Assembly (NCBI GenBank): GCA_041844335.1
Contig: JBGZAX010000010.1
Span: forward strand, 1-38,765
Length of the DNA stretch: 38,765 nt
Reading direction: 5' to 3'
From: Lachnospiraceae bacterium
GTDB taxonomy: Bacteria > Bacillota > Clostridia > Lachnospirales > Lachnospiraceae
The notes under the pieces are model-generated. The model saw only the letters and a list, made by a program, of their open reading frames with translations. It was not told the DNA's origin and did no database searches. This document shows positions 36,823 through 38,765 of the stretch, piece after piece (positions within the stretch are counted from its first letter, which is position 1; every line of letters starts with the position of its first letter). Position numbers and translations under genes: made by a program.

Positions 36823-38645
36823 AATGTTTCACGCCCTCCCCTAAATATTCCAAAGCCGTAGTGATCGCATCTAAGACATCTGGCAGCCTCCTGATCAGCC
36901 TCTTTTTTCGTCATACAATTTTCTATTCCGTCAAAGTCTTTAATCCTCTCACCTACCAATCTTTCAGTCAATTCCACTCTTCCGCAGGCACTCATTTCAT
37001 CCTTTGTGGCGGCAGGTATTTTCACATCACAGGTTATTTCATGTCTAAATCCCAAAAATTCATCTATATTTGCCGCCATAACCTTTGCGGCGGCTATAGC
37101 ATTTATTACGGTGGACGGCCCTGATGCACAATCTCCTCCTGCAAACATTCCGGGCAACCCGTTAAAGCCTCCGTTCGGCAATGTAAAAATCTTTCCTCGA
37201 TTAACCGGAATACCCGCCTCCTCATAATGTTCGGTTTCAATATCCTGTCCAACCGCAACCACCAGGATATCACAGGCTATAAACTCTTCCTTATCCTCCG
37301 TATCCACAACCGATGCTCTGCCGTCCTTTACCTTTGAAATCATCTGCGGCTTTACCCAAAGTCCCTTTAATTTACCATTATCAACCTCTATTCTTGACGG
37401 CGCCTTAAGAGTAATAAACTCAACCCCCTCCGCCAACGCTCCGTTTATCTCACCCTCAAGAGCTGTCATATCGGCTATTCTTCTTCGATACACACAGTAT
37501 ACCTTATCGCAATTTAAGCGAATTGCCGTACGAACGGCGTCCATTGCCACATTTCCGCCTCCGATAACGGCGGTTCTCTTACCCTTAAGATTTATTTTCG
37601 AATCCATTCCTATTTCACGTAAAAACTGCACGGCAGAAATCACACCCTCGGCATCCTCTCCCTCAAGTCCGAGCTTTTTATCGGTAGATGCGCCGATTGA
37701 AATCATCACCGCATCATACTCCCTTTTCAAATCCTCTACACTGACATCAATTCCTATCTTAAGTCCGTGTTTAACTTCTATTCCGGTAGCCAAAATAGCG
37801 TCGATATCTTCATCAAGCCTTTCCTTCGGAAGTCTGTAGTTCGGAATTCCGTACCTTAACATACCTCCAAGCTTAGGCAGCATTTCAAACACCGTTGTAC
37901 GATGACCCATCAGCTGTAAATAATAGGCGGCGGAAAGTCCGGCAGGTCCTCCTCCGATAATTGCAACAGTCCTTCCGGTAGAAGCTGCGCAAGATGGAGG
38001 CGGAACAAAGCCTGCCATATCGGCAGCCATTCTCTTTAAACCCTTAATATTAACGGCATCATCTACCATATTTCTTCGACACTTGCCCTCACAGGGATGC
38101 TCACAAATAAAACCGCAGGTGGTAGGAAAAGGATTGTCCTTTCTGATTAATCTCACAGCATCGGAATATCTTCCCTCTCTGACCAGTGCAATATATCCGG
38201 GAACATCCACACTTGCAGGACAAAGAGCCACACAGGGCACCGGCTGCGTGGTCATACAGGCACATCTTTTGTTTTTTACATGCTCCTCAAAATCGTCTCT
38301 GCAGTTGATAATGCTGAGATACACCATATGCGCAGCCTCATATCCTATTGCGCAGTCCGCAGTTTCCTCCACCGACTTTGCGGTTTCTTCTATTAAATCA
38401 AGAGTTTGCATGGTTGCATCACCATTTAAGACATCTGTCATCAGATGCTTTAAATGCAGCAGCCCTACACGACATGGCACACATTTGCCGCAGGTCTGCG
38501 AATGACACATCTCAATAAATGCCCTTGTAATATCTACAGGACATAAATTTGGCGGACTGGCCTCTATTCTCCTGCTGATGTTCCGATACAGCTCCTCAAC
38601 TATCTCCTGAGACCTGGTGGGCGTGAATATTTCAAGTCTACTCAT
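36816..38645 (-). CDS. NAD(P)H-dependent oxidoreductase: GltD/NfnB-like flavoprotein with an N-terminal NuoF-type 4Fe-4S domain
   Basis: SQTCGKCVPCRVG (NuoF-like cluster motif), then CVALCPASVDVPGY...CEHPCEGKC (GltD-type clusters) and the dinucleotide folds VAIIGGGPAGLSAA and VIGGGNVAMD. Its stop overlaps the hydA start (ATGGTAA). Confidence 0.85.
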   Translation of the reverse strand: MSRLEIFTPTRSQEIVEELYRNISRRIEASPPNLCPVDITRAFIEMCHSQTCGKCVPCRVGLLHLKHLMTDVLNGDATMQTLDLIEETAKSVEETADCAIGYEAAHMVYLSIINCRDDFEEHVKNKRCACMTTQPVPCVALCPASVDVPGYIALVREGRYSDAVRLIRKDNPFPTTCGFICEHPCEGKCRRNMVDDAVNIKGLKRMAADMAGFVPPPSCAASTGRTVAIIGGGPAGLSAAYYLQLMGHRTTVFEMLPKLGGMLRYGIPNYRLPKERLDEDIDAILATGIEVKHGLKIGIDVSVEDLKREYDAVMISIGASTDKKLGLEGEDAEGVISAVQFLREIGMDSKINLKGKRTAVIGGGNVAMDAVRTAIRLNCDKVYCVYRRRIADMTALEGEINGALAEGVEFITLKAPSRIEVDNGKLKGLWVKPQMISKVKDGRASVVDTEDKEEFIACDILVVAVGQDIETEHYEEAGIPVNRGKIFTLPNGGFNGLPGMFAGGDCASGPSTVINAIAAAKVMAANIDEFLGFRHEITCDVKIPAATKDEMSACGRVELTERLVGERIKDFDGIENCMTKKEADQEAARCLRCDHYGFGIFRGGRETLW

Positions 38646-38765
38646 TTATCAGCTCCTCCTTTTCAAAAACAAAAAGCATCACAAGTAAGTTAAATCTCTA
38701 CTATGCGTTTTTAACCAAAATGAATTAATTTCAGTCTATTTATATATTTTATTGTATATTATACA

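Overview
Low-GC Firmicutes (Clostridia-like) chromosomal segment, almost fully coding, from an amino-acid-fermenting anaerobe. Left to right: cheR (5' truncated) and cheB; a YitT-family membrane protein; an MsbA-type ABC exporter; a minus-strand surface O-acylation operon (SGNH hydrolase, DUF4358 lipoprotein, MBOAT, DHHW protein); the conserved minus-strand block rpmE, DUF1385, prmC, prfA followed by an orphan GyrA/ParC-like subunit; two tandem paralogous chemoreceptors; a DegV plus family III CoA-transferase pair; and a secreted protein made of three tandem PepSY domains. Next is a complete reductive Stickland 2-hydroxyacyl-CoA dehydratase operon (CoA-transferase, activator, dehydratase B and C, acyl-CoA dehydrogenase, EtfB, EtfA, YkvI-like transporter) behind a perfect consensus sigma-70 promoter. 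The window ends with a translationally coupled GltD/NuoF-hybrid oxidoreductase plus [FeFe] hydrogenase. The most unusual region is a 3.6 kb island at 31292..34860, wedged between the hydrogenase and dehydratase operons. It encodes a 692-aa protein with no recognisable export signal: a long Ser/Lys-rich disordered N-terminus, a PT-TG-like helical core, and a C-terminal domain with a PD-(D/E)xK-like nuclease motif. Two paralogous pentapeptide-repeat proteins follow, which I read as candidate DNA-mimic immunity proteins. The first carries an in-frame copy of the toxin's last ~50 residues, the footprint of an ~860 bp tandem duplication. All calls rest on motif recognition and gene order; no database search was possible.
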